64,000 nucleotides of DNA from a virus. The position numbers and the translations under genes are program-made. The stretch lies in the UHGV virus genome UHGV-0204105, one strand, 5' to 3'. Of this stretch, positions 19,268 to 28,425 are shown piece after piece. How positions within the stretch are numbered: position 1 is the first letter of the stretch; the number at the start of each line of letters is the position of its first letter. A model generated the notes under the pieces. The model saw only the letters and a list, made by a program, of their open reading frames with translations, was not told the DNA's origin and did not search any database.

Positions 19268-19497
19268 GATTTTACCTCGTGTCTTTTAGAGTTTTTTGTT
19301 GAAAAGTGAGTGTAAAAGACGCGGATTCCGGAGCTCCGCGACGATTACAGAGAGGAATATAAGAACTGATTTTGGAAAGTTGAAATATTGGAAAATTGGG
19401 GAACGTATGCGGACTTTGAAAACTCTATTTTTTGAGAAATTGGAGGGCGGGGATATAGTGCAGAAAACAGGAAAAATAAACGTGGGGAAGTCCAAAA

Positions 19498-20142
19498 ATG
19501 AGCGAAGAAACGAAAGTTGTTGAAGTTGATGAACCGACGGTTCCGGAAGATATGCCAAAGACGGATGAACAGGCAGTTGAAACTCCTGCTCCGATTCCGG
19601 AAAATCCGCTTGAAACTCCGGTTCCTACGGCAACAGCTGAAAGCGTCAATTCCGAGCGTGTTAAACTCGAAAACGACGCGTATCAGCGACATTTCCAAGC
19701 GTTGCAGGATGAGATTGCAGAGATACGCAAAAAGTATCCGGATGCGGGCGCAGAAACGGAGCCTGAAGACCCTGTAAAGCGGCTTTCTGGCGAAGTTAAC
19801 GAGTTGAAAACGGGGTTAGGCGAACTCAAGGAGCTTATGAAAAATCAGCAAGCGCAAGTGGTGAATAACGCGCAAGCGCAAGCGGGTCAACAGCAGAACC
19901 AGGGGAACGCGGGAACCGCATATCAACAGCCCGTACAGCCCTATTTTCAGCCTGTTTTCCAGCAACCCTACTACACGCCGCCGATGTTTCAAACGTCGAC
20001 GATAATGCCCGCGCCGCCATTACCTTTTATACAAACTCCGAGCTTTGCTCCGGCAAATACATTGCCGCCAATGCTGAGCAGGGGAGGCGGCAGCGGAAAC
20101 GGGATGAATGGAATGAACTTTAACTCAAACGGAGGGAAATAA
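19498..20142 (+). CDS. Cassette gene C: acidic, coiled-coil, Q-P-Y-rich low-complexity protein
   Basis: YQQPVQPYFQPVFQQPYYTPP tract. Confidence 0.7.
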   Translation: MSEETKVVEVDEPTVPEDMPKTDEQAVETPAPIPENPLETPVPTATAESVNSERVKLENDAYQRHFQALQDEIAEIRKKYPDAGAETEPEDPVKRLSGEVNELKTGLGELKELMKNQQAQVVNNAQAQAGQQQNQGNAGTAYQQPVQPYFQPVFQQPYYTPPMFQTSTIMPAPPLPFIQTPSFAPANTLPPMLSRGGGSGNGMNGMNFNSNGGK

Positions 20143-20143
20143 G

Positions 20144-20455
20144 ATGGCTGAAAACAAGGGCTTTACCACAATTAAGATTATCGGGGGCGATGATGGCACA
20201 TCTTACAAGATGGAAATCGTCGAGCCTGACGCAAAAAACGGGAGCAGGATAGACCAAAAGGTTGCGAACTACATTTTGAGTCTCGATAATCAAATGAGGG
20301 ACCCGAACTTTGTAGGGATGATGCAACAGGCACGGCAGAACCCGCAAGGGCTTATGCAGCAGATGTTCCAAAGGTTTATGGGCGGCGGCATGCCTATGGG
20401 AGGCATGGGCGGCGGCTTTAATCCGATGGGCATGTTTATGGGCGGCGGTCGATGA
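20144..20455 (+). CDS. Cassette gene D: M/G/Q-rich protein
   Basis: MMQQARQNPQGLMQQMFQRFMGGGMPMGGMGGG; GGAGG RBS. Confidence 0.7.
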   Translation: MAENKGFTTIKIIGGDDGTSYKMEIVEPDAKNGSRIDQKVANYILSLDNQMRDPNFVGMMQQARQNPQGLMQQMFQRFMGGGMPMGGMGGGFNPMGMFMGGGR

Positions 20456-20509
20456 CTTGAACGCCGCTTTTTGAACTCAAAACAAACAAAAAAAGAAAGG
20501 CTTTCTATC

Positions 20510-21307
20510 ATGGATAAGCAAGCAGAGATGATGAAATCCGGAGAACGTGAAAACTATCCGGGAAGATACGACAAAGAGGCTTTTATCGAAGAGCTGAAAA
20601 AGAGCGAAAATCCCGACAAGATGTCATGGGTAATGCTCTCTTACATCGTGCAGAATATGGCGGATGAAGTTATGCGACGCGGGGAGCGCGGCGAATCCAG
20701 TCGCTACTCCGGCGCACATTACACAGATTCGCGATTCCGGCACGATTCCGGGCGGTATGGATACGACGGTTATGACGAAGACGGCACGTACTATGACGGA
20801 GCGCATATGTACCGCGCAGGCGTTGGAATGCGGCGTTACACTCGTTATGCGGGTGATGAGCGTATCTGTGAGGCAAAAGAGCAAATCGGCAAAAAGGTTG
20901 GGCATGAGCTTTCGGACGATGAAATCAAGTGCCTAATTGTAACCGAAGCGGCGTCACTTATCAAGAAACTCGCGCAATGCGAGGATTACGGAGCAGTAAA
21001 GGAATTTACGGAGCTTGAAATGGCGATGAAAGGACTTACTGATAACATCCCTGAAGAAGTCGAATATCAGGCAAAAGTTGACGCAATCTCGACTTATGCT
21101 AGAATGTTCGGCGAAAGTGGGGATGACGTGCGGAATCGAGCGTATCGGTCCTACTCTTCTTCTCCGTCGCGGCGTTACGACTATGAAGAGCGTGAACGCT
21201 TTCGCAATGGCGAACGGGATGGGCGCAGAAGCGAACTTCCCCGCATTGAGATTGATGAGTTCGGGCGGCGTGGACGTTCGCGCGATTCGATGGGGCGTTT
21301 TAAGTAA
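20510..21307 (+). CDS. Cassette gene E: R/Y/G/D/S-rich protein ending RGRSRDSMGRFK
   Basis: Low-complexity RYS/RYG/YD tracts alternating with helical segments. Confidence 0.7.
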   Translation: MDKQAEMMKSGERENYPGRYDKEAFIEELKKSENPDKMSWVMLSYIVQNMADEVMRRGERGESSRYSGAHYTDSRFRHDSGRYGYDGYDEDGTYYDGAHMYRAGVGMRRYTRYAGDERICEAKEQIGKKVGHELSDDEIKCLIVTEAASLIKKLAQCEDYGAVKEFTELEMAMKGLTDNIPEEVEYQAKVDAISTYARMFGESGDDVRNRAYRSYSSSPSRRYDYEERERFRNGERDGRRSELPRIEIDEFGRRGRSRDSMGRFK

Positions 21308-21392
21308 AATATTTCCCCTCTGTTCAAAAAAAAATTGAAAGATTTTTCCGTTTTCCCTCTTTGCGGAGGGAAACGGTTTTTTGTTTGAAAAG

Positions 21393-21553
21393 TTACATAC
21401 AAAATTACATACAAAAGCACGCTCAAGAGGCAGTTTAAAAAGTGCTTCATTTGCAAGTTTGAGTTCAAAACAGTGGAATTTATGGAGCGGGTGAAGGGAG
21501 TCGAACCTTTTAAAACCGCTTCAAATTTGAACTTTACATACTTGGTTACATAC
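21393..21553. mobile_element. attP: tRNA-Gly 3'-end core (21483-21507, minus strand) with arm-type repeats
   Basis: Reverse complement GGTTCGACTCCCTTCACCCGCTCCA is a T-arm + acceptor + CCA of tRNA-Gly type; TTACATAC pairs at 21393/21405 and 21534/21546, both 12 bp apart; adjacent to the integrase stop. Confidence 0.85.
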
Positions 21554-21562
21554 AGCCGCAAG

Positions 21563-22666
21563 TCACGAAAAAAGCCCGATTTCCGGCAATTTTTCAACTT
21601 CGTGAGCGGCTGAAACGTCATGACTGTACAAGTCGTTCATCACATCGCTCTTGTGTCCTCCGGCAAGAGATGTTGTACGTCTGTGCAGATTGCCCGCGTC
21701 GCATCGCGTGAAGAACGATGCACGGAGGCTGTGGAAACTTGCTTTGCCCTCCTCTGTGTCTTTAATTTTTAGTTTTTCAAAAAGCTTTTTGTAGTCCGCT
21801 CCAGCGGAATGGGCTGTTTTTGAGCTTAAGTGACTTAGGAGCGGTTTTTCGGAATCTTCTGGGAAATCAAGTTCTGTAAGGATTTGAAGCAATTCCGGCT
21901 GTATGCCGCATGTAAACCACTGCCCTGATTTAGGGCGTTTCCAGCGTATCAGGCGCTCTTTAAGGTTGATTGCGTTGCAAGGTATGGAAAATGCTGTTGA
22001 TATATCCATACCAGCGAAAAAGCCTAGAGCGGCGGCAATGCGCAACGGAAGTTCGGCGGCGCGGTAAATGCTCTTGAACTCTTTTGATGTTATCGGACGA
22101 TGAGAAAGCACATTTTTTATCTGGCGTGATACGATACTCTCGAACGGGGAGCGTGTCAATTTTGCTTTGACAAGCAATAGCCGGAAAGCCTTGTTTAACA
22201 CGCCCTTATTGTTATTGTAGGACTTGTAGTTTCTCCCGTGGGAGAAATTTTGTTCTAGGTAATTTTGTGCCATTTCCGGCGTTACCATATCCATGTATTT
22301 CACGGTCATACTTTTTAAAAATCGGGCTATAATTCGGCGGCTGGTGACAGGCAATGGATGAATTTTTTGCAGTTCATCAATCATGCTTGCGAGCGGCAAC
22401 CCGTTTCGGCTATGTTCCCCCTCTTTAGGGAGGGGAAGAACGGTTTTTGGAAGCGGCGTTACCGCTAGATGCGCTTGCGGGAAGAACTCCGGGAAGTCTT
22501 TTACGATAACATGCGTTTGCTTGCGTTTGAGCACAAACGACATATATTCCTCATGCAGTCTTATCGCGTCGACAGGGTCTTTGGTCTTAAGCGTGCGGGT
22601 CTTAAGTCGTCCGTCGACGTCCCTAAAATAGGCGTAATAACAGCCCTTTATGCAACGTAAAGCCAT
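21563..22666 (-). CDS. int: Tyrosine recombinase (integrase)
   Basis: FHSLR, GGH...LYSH and RPKSG Lys; N-terminal arm-binding-like YYAYFRD..G....RTLKT; box I reads AGMDIS. Confidence 0.85.
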   Translation of the reverse strand: MALRCIKGCYYAYFRDVDGRLKTRTLKTKDPVDAIRLHEEYMSFVLKRKQTHVIVKDFPEFFPQAHLAVTPLPKTVLPLPKEGEHSRNGLPLASMIDELQKIHPLPVTSRRIIARFLKSMTVKYMDMVTPEMAQNYLEQNFSHGRNYKSYNNNKGVLNKAFRLLLVKAKLTRSPFESIVSRQIKNVLSHRPITSKEFKSIYRAAELPLRIAAALGFFAGMDISTAFSIPCNAINLKERLIRWKRPKSGQWFTCGIQPELLQILTELDFPEDSEKPLLSHLSSKTAHSAGADYKKLFEKLKIKDTEEGKASFHSLRASFFTRCDAGNLHRRTTSLAGGHKSDVMNDLYSHDVSAAHEVEKLPEIGLFS

Positions 22667-22944
22667 TACTTCAACCCTCCGTTCCCCGCGCTTGAAATTT
22701 GAATTTTGGCGTTATCATCGAACTTATGATGCACTTCTTGCGGGATGAGGCGGCAACCTATCGCAGTAGCACAAAATGCCAGCGCGATTCCTGCCGCCGC
22801 CCACACAATGCAAGGAGGCAGATTTATAATCGTGCGATTATCAATGCAAGCCTTTCCGGACGCTTCATTTAACGTGACGTTCCCACGAACGCCACGATTA
22901 ATTCCCATATTCATTATTCTCTCCCCCCTAATGGAAATGGTCAT
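22666..22944 (-). CDS. Small membrane protein in the repressor-int operon
   Basis: TM segment IVWAAAGIALAFCATAIGC; overlaps both neighbours. Confidence 0.5.
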   Translation of the reverse strand: MTISIRGERIMNMGINRGVRGNVTLNEASGKACIDNRTIINLPPCIVWAAAGIALAFCATAIGCRLIPQEVHHKFDDNAKIQISSAGNGGLK

Positions 22945-23342
22945 TTTCTTCTGTTTTTGAGCGTAATTTTGAGGTAGTTCACCTTGTCTTCTGCGCTCAC
23001 CGAATCATCATTGAGCGTTGCCTCCAGTAAATCTAGGAGCAATTCGTTTTTGCTGCTTGCCTCGTTGGAATGGACAATGTTGTTGTCTCCCTTAAACGAT
23101 ACGTTTGAATCTCCTACTGTCATTTTCCCCTCCCTAGGTAAATATTCTTGAATTAACGGCAACAGGCGTTTCCATGTTGCCGCGTGAACATCTTCGATTT
23201 GCCCTGATTTATATTTTGAGATTGTGCTGTGGCTGCAAGTTAGGAGCTCGGCGAAAGCCTCAACGCCCCCAGCGTTTTCAACTGCGGTTCGAATGGCTTG
23301 GTTGATTTCCGGAGTATTTATTTTTACGCTTTTTGCTGGCAT
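22941..23342 (-). CDS. CI-like HTH repressor
   Basis: GGVEAFAELLTCSHSTISKYKSG; AGGAGG RBS; divergent from the early operon. Confidence 0.7.
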   Translation of the reverse strand: MPAKSVKINTPEINQAIRTAVENAGGVEAFAELLTCSHSTISKYKSGQIEDVHAATWKRLLPLIQEYLPREGKMTVGDSNVSFKGDNNIVHSNEASSKNELLLDLLEATLNDDSVSAEDKVNYLKITLKNRRK

Positions 23343-23374
23343 AAGGCACCTCCTCTTTTAGGGTCATCAGTAGT

Positions 23375-23466
23375 ACTATACACCGTAAAATAAAAAATAA
23401 TAGAAAAAAATTTTATTTTGTTCTTGAAATGTTCTTAATACGTGCTATATTGTAACTAATCACAAA
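23375..23466. promoter_or_regulatory. Divergent promoters of the genetic switch
   Basis: Plus strand TTGAAA(23424)-16 nt-TATATT with TG extension; minus strand GGTG-TATAGT near 23375-23384; AAATGTTCTTAAT half-site at 23427. Confidence 0.6.
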
Positions 23467-23479
23467 AAGGTGAGGTGCT

Positions 23480-23641
23480 ATGGAAAAGAAAAAAAAGAGA
23501 AAAATTGCCTACGGGACAAGCGTCAATGTAACGTTTGAGGTTAGGGAAAAGCTGGCTAGACTAGCCAAACACTTCAAACGCACTCGGCGCGGTCAAATCG
23601 AGATTTTGGTTGAAGAAGCCTATAAGCTTATTTTTGACTAA
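23480..23641 (+). CDS. Ribbon-helix-helix (Arc-like) regulator in the Cro position, 53 aa, absent from the ORF track
   Basis: MEKKKKRKIAYGTSVNVTFEVREKLARLAKHFKRTRRGQIEILVEEAYKLIFD; GAGG RBS. Confidence 0.65.
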   Translation: MEKKKKRKIAYGTSVNVTFEVREKLARLAKHFKRTRRGQIEILVEEAYKLIFD

Positions 23642-23646
23642 AAAAT

Positions 23647-23669
23647 GTTCTTAATCACAAATTAAGAAC
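23647..23669. promoter_or_regulatory. Palindromic operator
   Basis: GTTCTTAAT-CACAA-ATTAAGAAC perfect 9-bp inverted repeat; the half-site recurs inside the promoter at 23431. Confidence 0.6.
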
Positions 23670-23680
23670 TGAGGCAAACC

Positions 23681-23917
23681 ATGAAAAAAGAATCGGCAGA
23701 TATGCCCGTCTTCCAGTCACTTGAAGAGTTTGACTACTCTTGGGGGCAGGATATGGCGTTGCGTTGCATAGCGCAAGGCGAGGGCATGATAGCCGCGACA
23801 ATGCGGGTACTTGGCACGCTCTATCCTGAGGGCGTGAGAAAAGGTTTTGTAGCGAAGATGCAAGCCTATCAAGCAGCGCAAGCGGCGGGGCTTGAGATTG
23901 CCTTACCGAAGGTATAA
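23681..23917 (+). CDS. Hypothetical protein
   Basis: GAGG RBS, 78 aa. Confidence 0.55.
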   Translation: MKKESADMPVFQSLEEFDYSWGQDMALRCIAQGEGMIAATMRVLGTLYPEGVRKGFVAKMQAYQAAQAAGLEIALPKV

Positions 23918-24209
23918 TCAAGCTTAAAAAGGTGTTATCCCTTACACCTTAAAAAAGGGGTGTTGATTGAAAAAGGAAAAAGGCGTGAGGAGCGCGTGGC
24001 AGTCATGGTGATTGCTTGACCCGACCGGAACCACCCCCGGGCAAAAAACAACTGCGGTTTTGGGTCTTTACGCAGAAAATCTAGTTTGTATCAGCTTTCC
24101 CCGCTCCGGCTTTTGGGGCTGGAACGCGGAAAATTGGTACAAAATGCCCTTAATAAAAAACATAGCAAAAATACCAAAAAAAACAAACCCTAAAGAAAGG
24201 AAACCTGCT

Positions 24210-24518
24210 ATGAAGACTTTTATCAACCTCACACCGCACTCTGTCAAACTCAATTCCGGCGTTGAATTCCCGGCGAGCGGAACAATCGCGCGGGTAACCA
24301 GCTCTTTCACGGATTTTGACGAAGACGGCGTGGCAAAGGTCGTTTTCGGCGAAGTCCAGAACCTGCCGGAACCCGCCGAAAACACGCTGTACATTGTATC
24401 CGCGCTGGTGCTTTCCGCCTCAAAACGTGCGGACTTGGTCGCTCCGGCGACCGGGCATCCGGAAGCCGTGCGGAACGAGAAAGGGCAAATCGTTTCAGTT
24501 CCGGGCTTCGTCCGGTAA
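24210..24518 (+). CDS. Conserved-type viral protein (NLTPH...SG..ARV pattern)
   Basis: INLTPH...PASGTIARV...LPEP....YIVS..V...R.DLVAP; AAGGA RBS. Confidence 0.7.
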   Translation: MKTFINLTPHSVKLNSGVEFPASGTIARVTSSFTDFDEDGVAKVVFGEVQNLPEPAENTLYIVSALVLSASKRADLVAPATGHPEAVRNEKGQIVSVPGFVR

Positions 24519-24527
24519 AAAAAGGAG

Positions 24528-24854
24528 ATGAAAATGGATACTGAGAAAAAAGGCAGAATTGAGTTCGATTATGAACACAGCCACAATTCCTACTTCGGCT
24601 TTCGAAGAGGGGATCGGCTTACCTATGAGGAATTTCAGAAGTTTCTCGGTAACTTCAGGAAGCCCCGTCGGCTTCACGAAACGCACGTTTTTCAGTGGCG
24701 TGTTCCTGTAATTGGGACGCGTCAAAAGGGGGAGGATACGATTAAAACAGTCTCTTTCCTGTATTTCAGGTATGAAACACCTGAAGAAGTAGCTAAGGAT
24801 GAAATTATTAAGGCTTCCATGGCACGGAACTTGAAGCCCCTTAGCGATCCTTAG
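24528..24854 (+). CDS. Hypothetical protein
   Basis: AAGGAG RBS. Confidence 0.55.
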   Translation: MKMDTEKKGRIEFDYEHSHNSYFGFRRGDRLTYEEFQKFLGNFRKPRRLHETHVFQWRVPVIGTRQKGEDTIKTVSFLYFRYETPEEVAKDEIIKASMARNLKPLSDP

Positions 24855-25361
24855 CGCATGGTGCCGGAAGGCTGGCTGGAAGACTGACTGAACAAAAAAA
24901 TGCGAGATTTTTTGAAAACGCGCTTGCAAAAGTTCCCCGGCGGTGTTATATTGGAATCGTTGGGTCTGATACACCCCGCAACAAGCGGAAATCGTTCCGT
25001 AAACACGATGACGATTTCCAGAATTAAAACTCATTTCGCATTTATATTTTGCGGGTTTGAGGAAGTGTTCCGGCGTAATCCGGAGCGACACGACTTGTTG
25101 CGTGGTATCAGCTTCCGACCAAACCCGCTTTTTTATTGCCCTGATAAGCAAAAAAAAAGCGTTGCATAAAAAAAGTCTAACAGCAAGGAGACTGACATGT
25201 ACGCTTATCTAAACAACTCCATTTGAACTCAACTCTTCCTAACTCGAATCGGCAGATTGACGCAGTTCGAGCTACACGCCGTTTTTGCAATAACGGCAAT
25301 TCCACACAAAACAAAGGGCGCGGAATGGTTCTGCGGCCATAACAAAAAGAAAGGCTCAAAA

Positions 25362-26170
25362 ATGAGTGCAGAAGTTATGAACTTCAAATTTGAGGGCGCA
25401 GAAGTGCGCGTGAACACCGACGAAAACAATAACCCGTGGTTTGTGGCAAAAGATGTCTGCAAACTCCTTGGCTATAAGGAGCCTGTAAACGCAATGAGGC
25501 TTCATTGCCGTGGGGTTGCAAAATACAACCCCATCGTCGACAGCCTCGGAAGAACTCAGGAAGTCAGAGTTATCTCCGAATCTGACGTTATGCGCCTGAT
25601 TTGCAAATCGAAACTTCCGGCGGCAGTCCAGTTTGAAAAGTGGGTCTTTGAAGAAGTTCTCCCCTCCATCCGGAAGTCCGGCGGCTACATCGCGGCGAAA
25701 GCTGACGAAACGCCGGAGATGATTATGGCGAGGGCAATCAAGCTGGCAGATGAGACAATCAACCGCCAGAAACTCCAGCTCGAGGAAAAGGACAAGAAAA
25801 TCGCTGAAGTCCACAAACAAATTGAAATGGACAAGCCGAAAGTCGTTTTTGCCGAAAGCATCGCGGTCGCCAAAACGTCAATTCTTGTCGGCGAAATGGC
25901 GAAGCTGATTAAACAGTCCACGGGCGTTGATATCGGGCAGAAGAGATTTTTTGAATAAGAAACAAAGGCTATGTCCACAGTCAAGGCAGTCAGCGGAATC
26001 TCCCGACGCAACGTTCTGTCAACGCCGGATGGTTCGAAATCAAGGAGGGGACTGTATTGAACTCAAACGGCGTGAATGTTATCACCCGCACGCCTAAAAT
26101 TACGGGCAAAGGGCAAATCTACTTTGTAAACCTTTTTGCGAAAGAATCGAACTCACTTCCCCTGATGTAA
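25362..26170 (+). pseudogene. BRO-N + KilA-C/ANT antirepressor interrupted by a frameshift at ~25955
   Basis: BRO (PWFVAKDVC..LGY; FEKWVFEEVLPSIRKSGGY) ends at GQKRFFE-stop (25958); the ANT tail IRNKGY...NLPTQRS...TPKITGKGQIYFVN continues in the -1 frame, 25955-26170. Confidence 0.8.
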
Positions 26171-26208
26171 GGCAGGGGAAAAACTGAAAAACTGAAAGGA
26201 AACAGAAT

Positions 26209-26346
26209 ATGAACAAAATCAACTTCAAGCTTATTGCCGCCGCGCTTGTTTTCGGCGTGGCGATGGGGTACATGATTGGACTTGTACAGATGACGGTTCA
26301 GGCTGAAAAGCGGCTTTCTGAACTCGCGGCGGTGTGCAATGAGTAA
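26209..26346 (+). CDS. 45-aa membrane peptide
   Basis: MNKINFKLIAAALVFGVAMGYMIGLV...; AAGGA RBS. Confidence 0.5.
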   Translation: MNKINFKLIAAALVFGVAMGYMIGLVQMTVQAEKRLSELAAVCNE

Positions 26347-27308
26347 CACGGAAACCGAGCAAGTAAGCTGGCGCGGCATATGTCTATCCTGCAAGCGATG
26401 GAATGGCGTCATTTGCGACGCGTCAAGACGCAGAAGAGAAGCTACTGATGATTGTTCCGCGCGGTCAAAAAAGTATGAGCAAAATCCCGCATACAACATC
26501 AAGAAGAAAGAGTTTGAGGCATAATGAAAAGAGAAAATGAGAACAGGGAGGAATGAAAAGATGGTTAAAGTCGTTTGCGATATTTGCAGAAAGCCTGCGA
26601 TGTACGCGCTTGATTGTAGTTGCGGGGTATTCATTTCTGAAAATAACTTGCATATGTATAATCACCATATTTGCCGGGCTTGCGCCTTAAAAACCGGAAT
26701 TGCTGATTATATGGATGCAAGGAAAGCAAAAGAAAAAGAAGAAAAAGAAACGGAAGATAAGGAGGAACCGACAGAATGACCTTCCAATGTCCCTATTGCG
26801 GCGGGTCCGGTGAACTGGCTGAATGTGATTTTTGCGGACGCGTTCACCCCGCATACGAAATCGACGAAAACGGGCGTTGCCCGACGTGCGCCGAAGAAGA
26901 ACAGGCGCGGATCGAAAAAGAAGAACTTGAAGAGAACGAGAAAGGAAACATCGCATGATCGACAACGAAATTGATAAACTGGTCAAAGCTTTTCAGAATC
27001 AACAGGATTTTGACGAAAAAAGTTTTTACGACAAAGTAATCAAGCCAAAAGTAAAGGAGGTGTATGAGCTCTGCAAAGAGCATAATATACCAGCAATATG
27101 GTATGCGAATCCGAGATGCCACGGAGACGACCGGAGTATGCAATGTTTTGTGACTGGAAGTTTTGAACGACGGCCTCTGCAATTTCTGCTCGCACACCAT
27201 TTAATGTCCGCATTAACGCCTAAACTGGCCACTGCTGTGGCAATGGTGTTTACGATGTTTGAGGATATACCTGATCCCGAACAGGAACTCCCGAAAATCG
27301 ACGATTAA
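26339..27308 (+). CDS. Run of small hypothetical genes, mostly Cys-rich (26339-26524, 26537-26779, 26776-26958, 26955-27308)
   Basis: Closely spaced or translationally coupled ORFs; the first three carry CxxC motifs. Confidence 0.5.
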
Positions 27309-27330
27309 CTCAACCGAAAGGAATACAAAC

Positions 27331-28425
27331 ATGCAGAATCAGAATCTCCCCGTCTATCCCGATGAAATCCCCGCCGAAATCGTCGCTCCGACAACAAATG
27401 TTCTTGATGTTCAGGAACGGGCGACGATCGACATCCAGATTTCCACAGCAAAACACTATCCGCGTTCGCTCGAAACTTTCACGCGGAAAGCCGTTGCATA
27501 CGCAACGATTGACGAAGATACCGCCGAATCGTGCATCTACCGCCGCCCCGTCGGTAAAGACAAAAACGGAAAGCAGACTTATGCGGAAGGTATGTCCGTC
27601 AGAACCGCCGAAATCGTCGGATCATGCTTCGGAAATCTCCGCGTTGCCTCGAGGATCATCGAACAGACCGACCGTTATGTCAAAGCGGAAGGTGTTGCAT
27701 TCGACCTTGAATCGAACTTCTCCGCAAATTCGCAGATCATCGAACCAACCGTGGACAAGTACGGCAAGCCTTACAACGAACGAATGCGCATTGTCATCGC
27801 AAAAGCCGCTCTCGCAAAAGCCCGGCGCGACGCGACGTTCATGGTTGTTCCGAAAGCTCTGGCGAAACCGATTGAAACCGCCGTCCGCAATCTCCTGTAC
27901 GGAACCGCTCAATCCCTCACACGCCGCCGCGCCGCCGTGGAAGCGTGGATCAAAAAACTCGGAATCGACGAACGGCGCGTTTATGCCGCCCTCGAAGTCG
28001 GCGGCGTTCTCGACATGAACGAACGTCACCTTGAAACCCTCACAGGACTCCGGACTGCAATCAAGGATGGCGAAGTTTCCATTGATGAAGCGTTCCCCGA
28101 AGTCAAGAGTGACAAGGTCCGCGATGCAAGGCTCTTTTCCGCAGAATCTGCCCCGATTTTATCCAAGTTCGAAAAGCGGAAAAAGGAGGCAAGCAAGACG
28201 GCGGCTGAGTCCGAAAGCAAAGACGCAAAAAACGTTGAAACTGAACCGAAACAGCCCGAAAAAACGGACCTTGAAAAGATTGCGGAAGTCATTGACAAGA
28301 AAGGCATTCCGGTTTCGGCTGAAGAAGTGAAAGCGTTCGTTGAAAAGAACGGCGAATTCTTCTCTTTTGCGATGGTTGAACCGAACCTTGACGCGATTGC
28401 AGAAGCAATCTTAGGAGGAAAATGA
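27331..28425 (+). CDS. Putative ssDNA-annealing/recombination protein
   Basis: DIQISTAKHYPRS pattern; coupled to an exonuclease gene; charged C-terminus. Confidence 0.5.
   Translation: MQNQNLPVYPDEIPAEIVAPTTNVLDVQERATIDIQISTAKHYPRSLETFTRKAVAYATIDEDTAESCIYRRPVGKDKNGKQTYAEGMSVRTAEIVGSCFGNLRVASRIIEQTDRYVKAEGVAFDLESNFSANSQIIEPTVDKYGKPYNERMRIVIAKAALAKARRDATFMVVPKALAKPIETAVRNLLYGTAQSLTRRRAAVEAWIKKLGIDERRVYAALEVGGVLDMNERHLETLTGLRTAIKDGEVSIDEAFPEVKSDKVRDARLFSAESAPILSKFEKRKKEASKTAAESESKDAKNVETEPKQPEKTDLEKIAEVIDKKGIPVSAEEVKAFVEKNGEFFSFAMVEPNLDAIAEAILGGK

Noticed and set aside
18454..19309. Overlapping ORFs 18454-18948, 18680-19309 and 18981-19250
   Set aside because: Alternative-frame or antisense shadows of the 267-aa gene, which has an RBS and coherent features
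21483..21507. tRNA gene
   Set aside because: Only the T-arm, acceptor 3' strand and CCA are present, with no D or anticodon arm; interpreted as the att core
24900..25169. 89-aa ORF
   Set aside because: No clear RBS or recognisable motif; coding status unsupported
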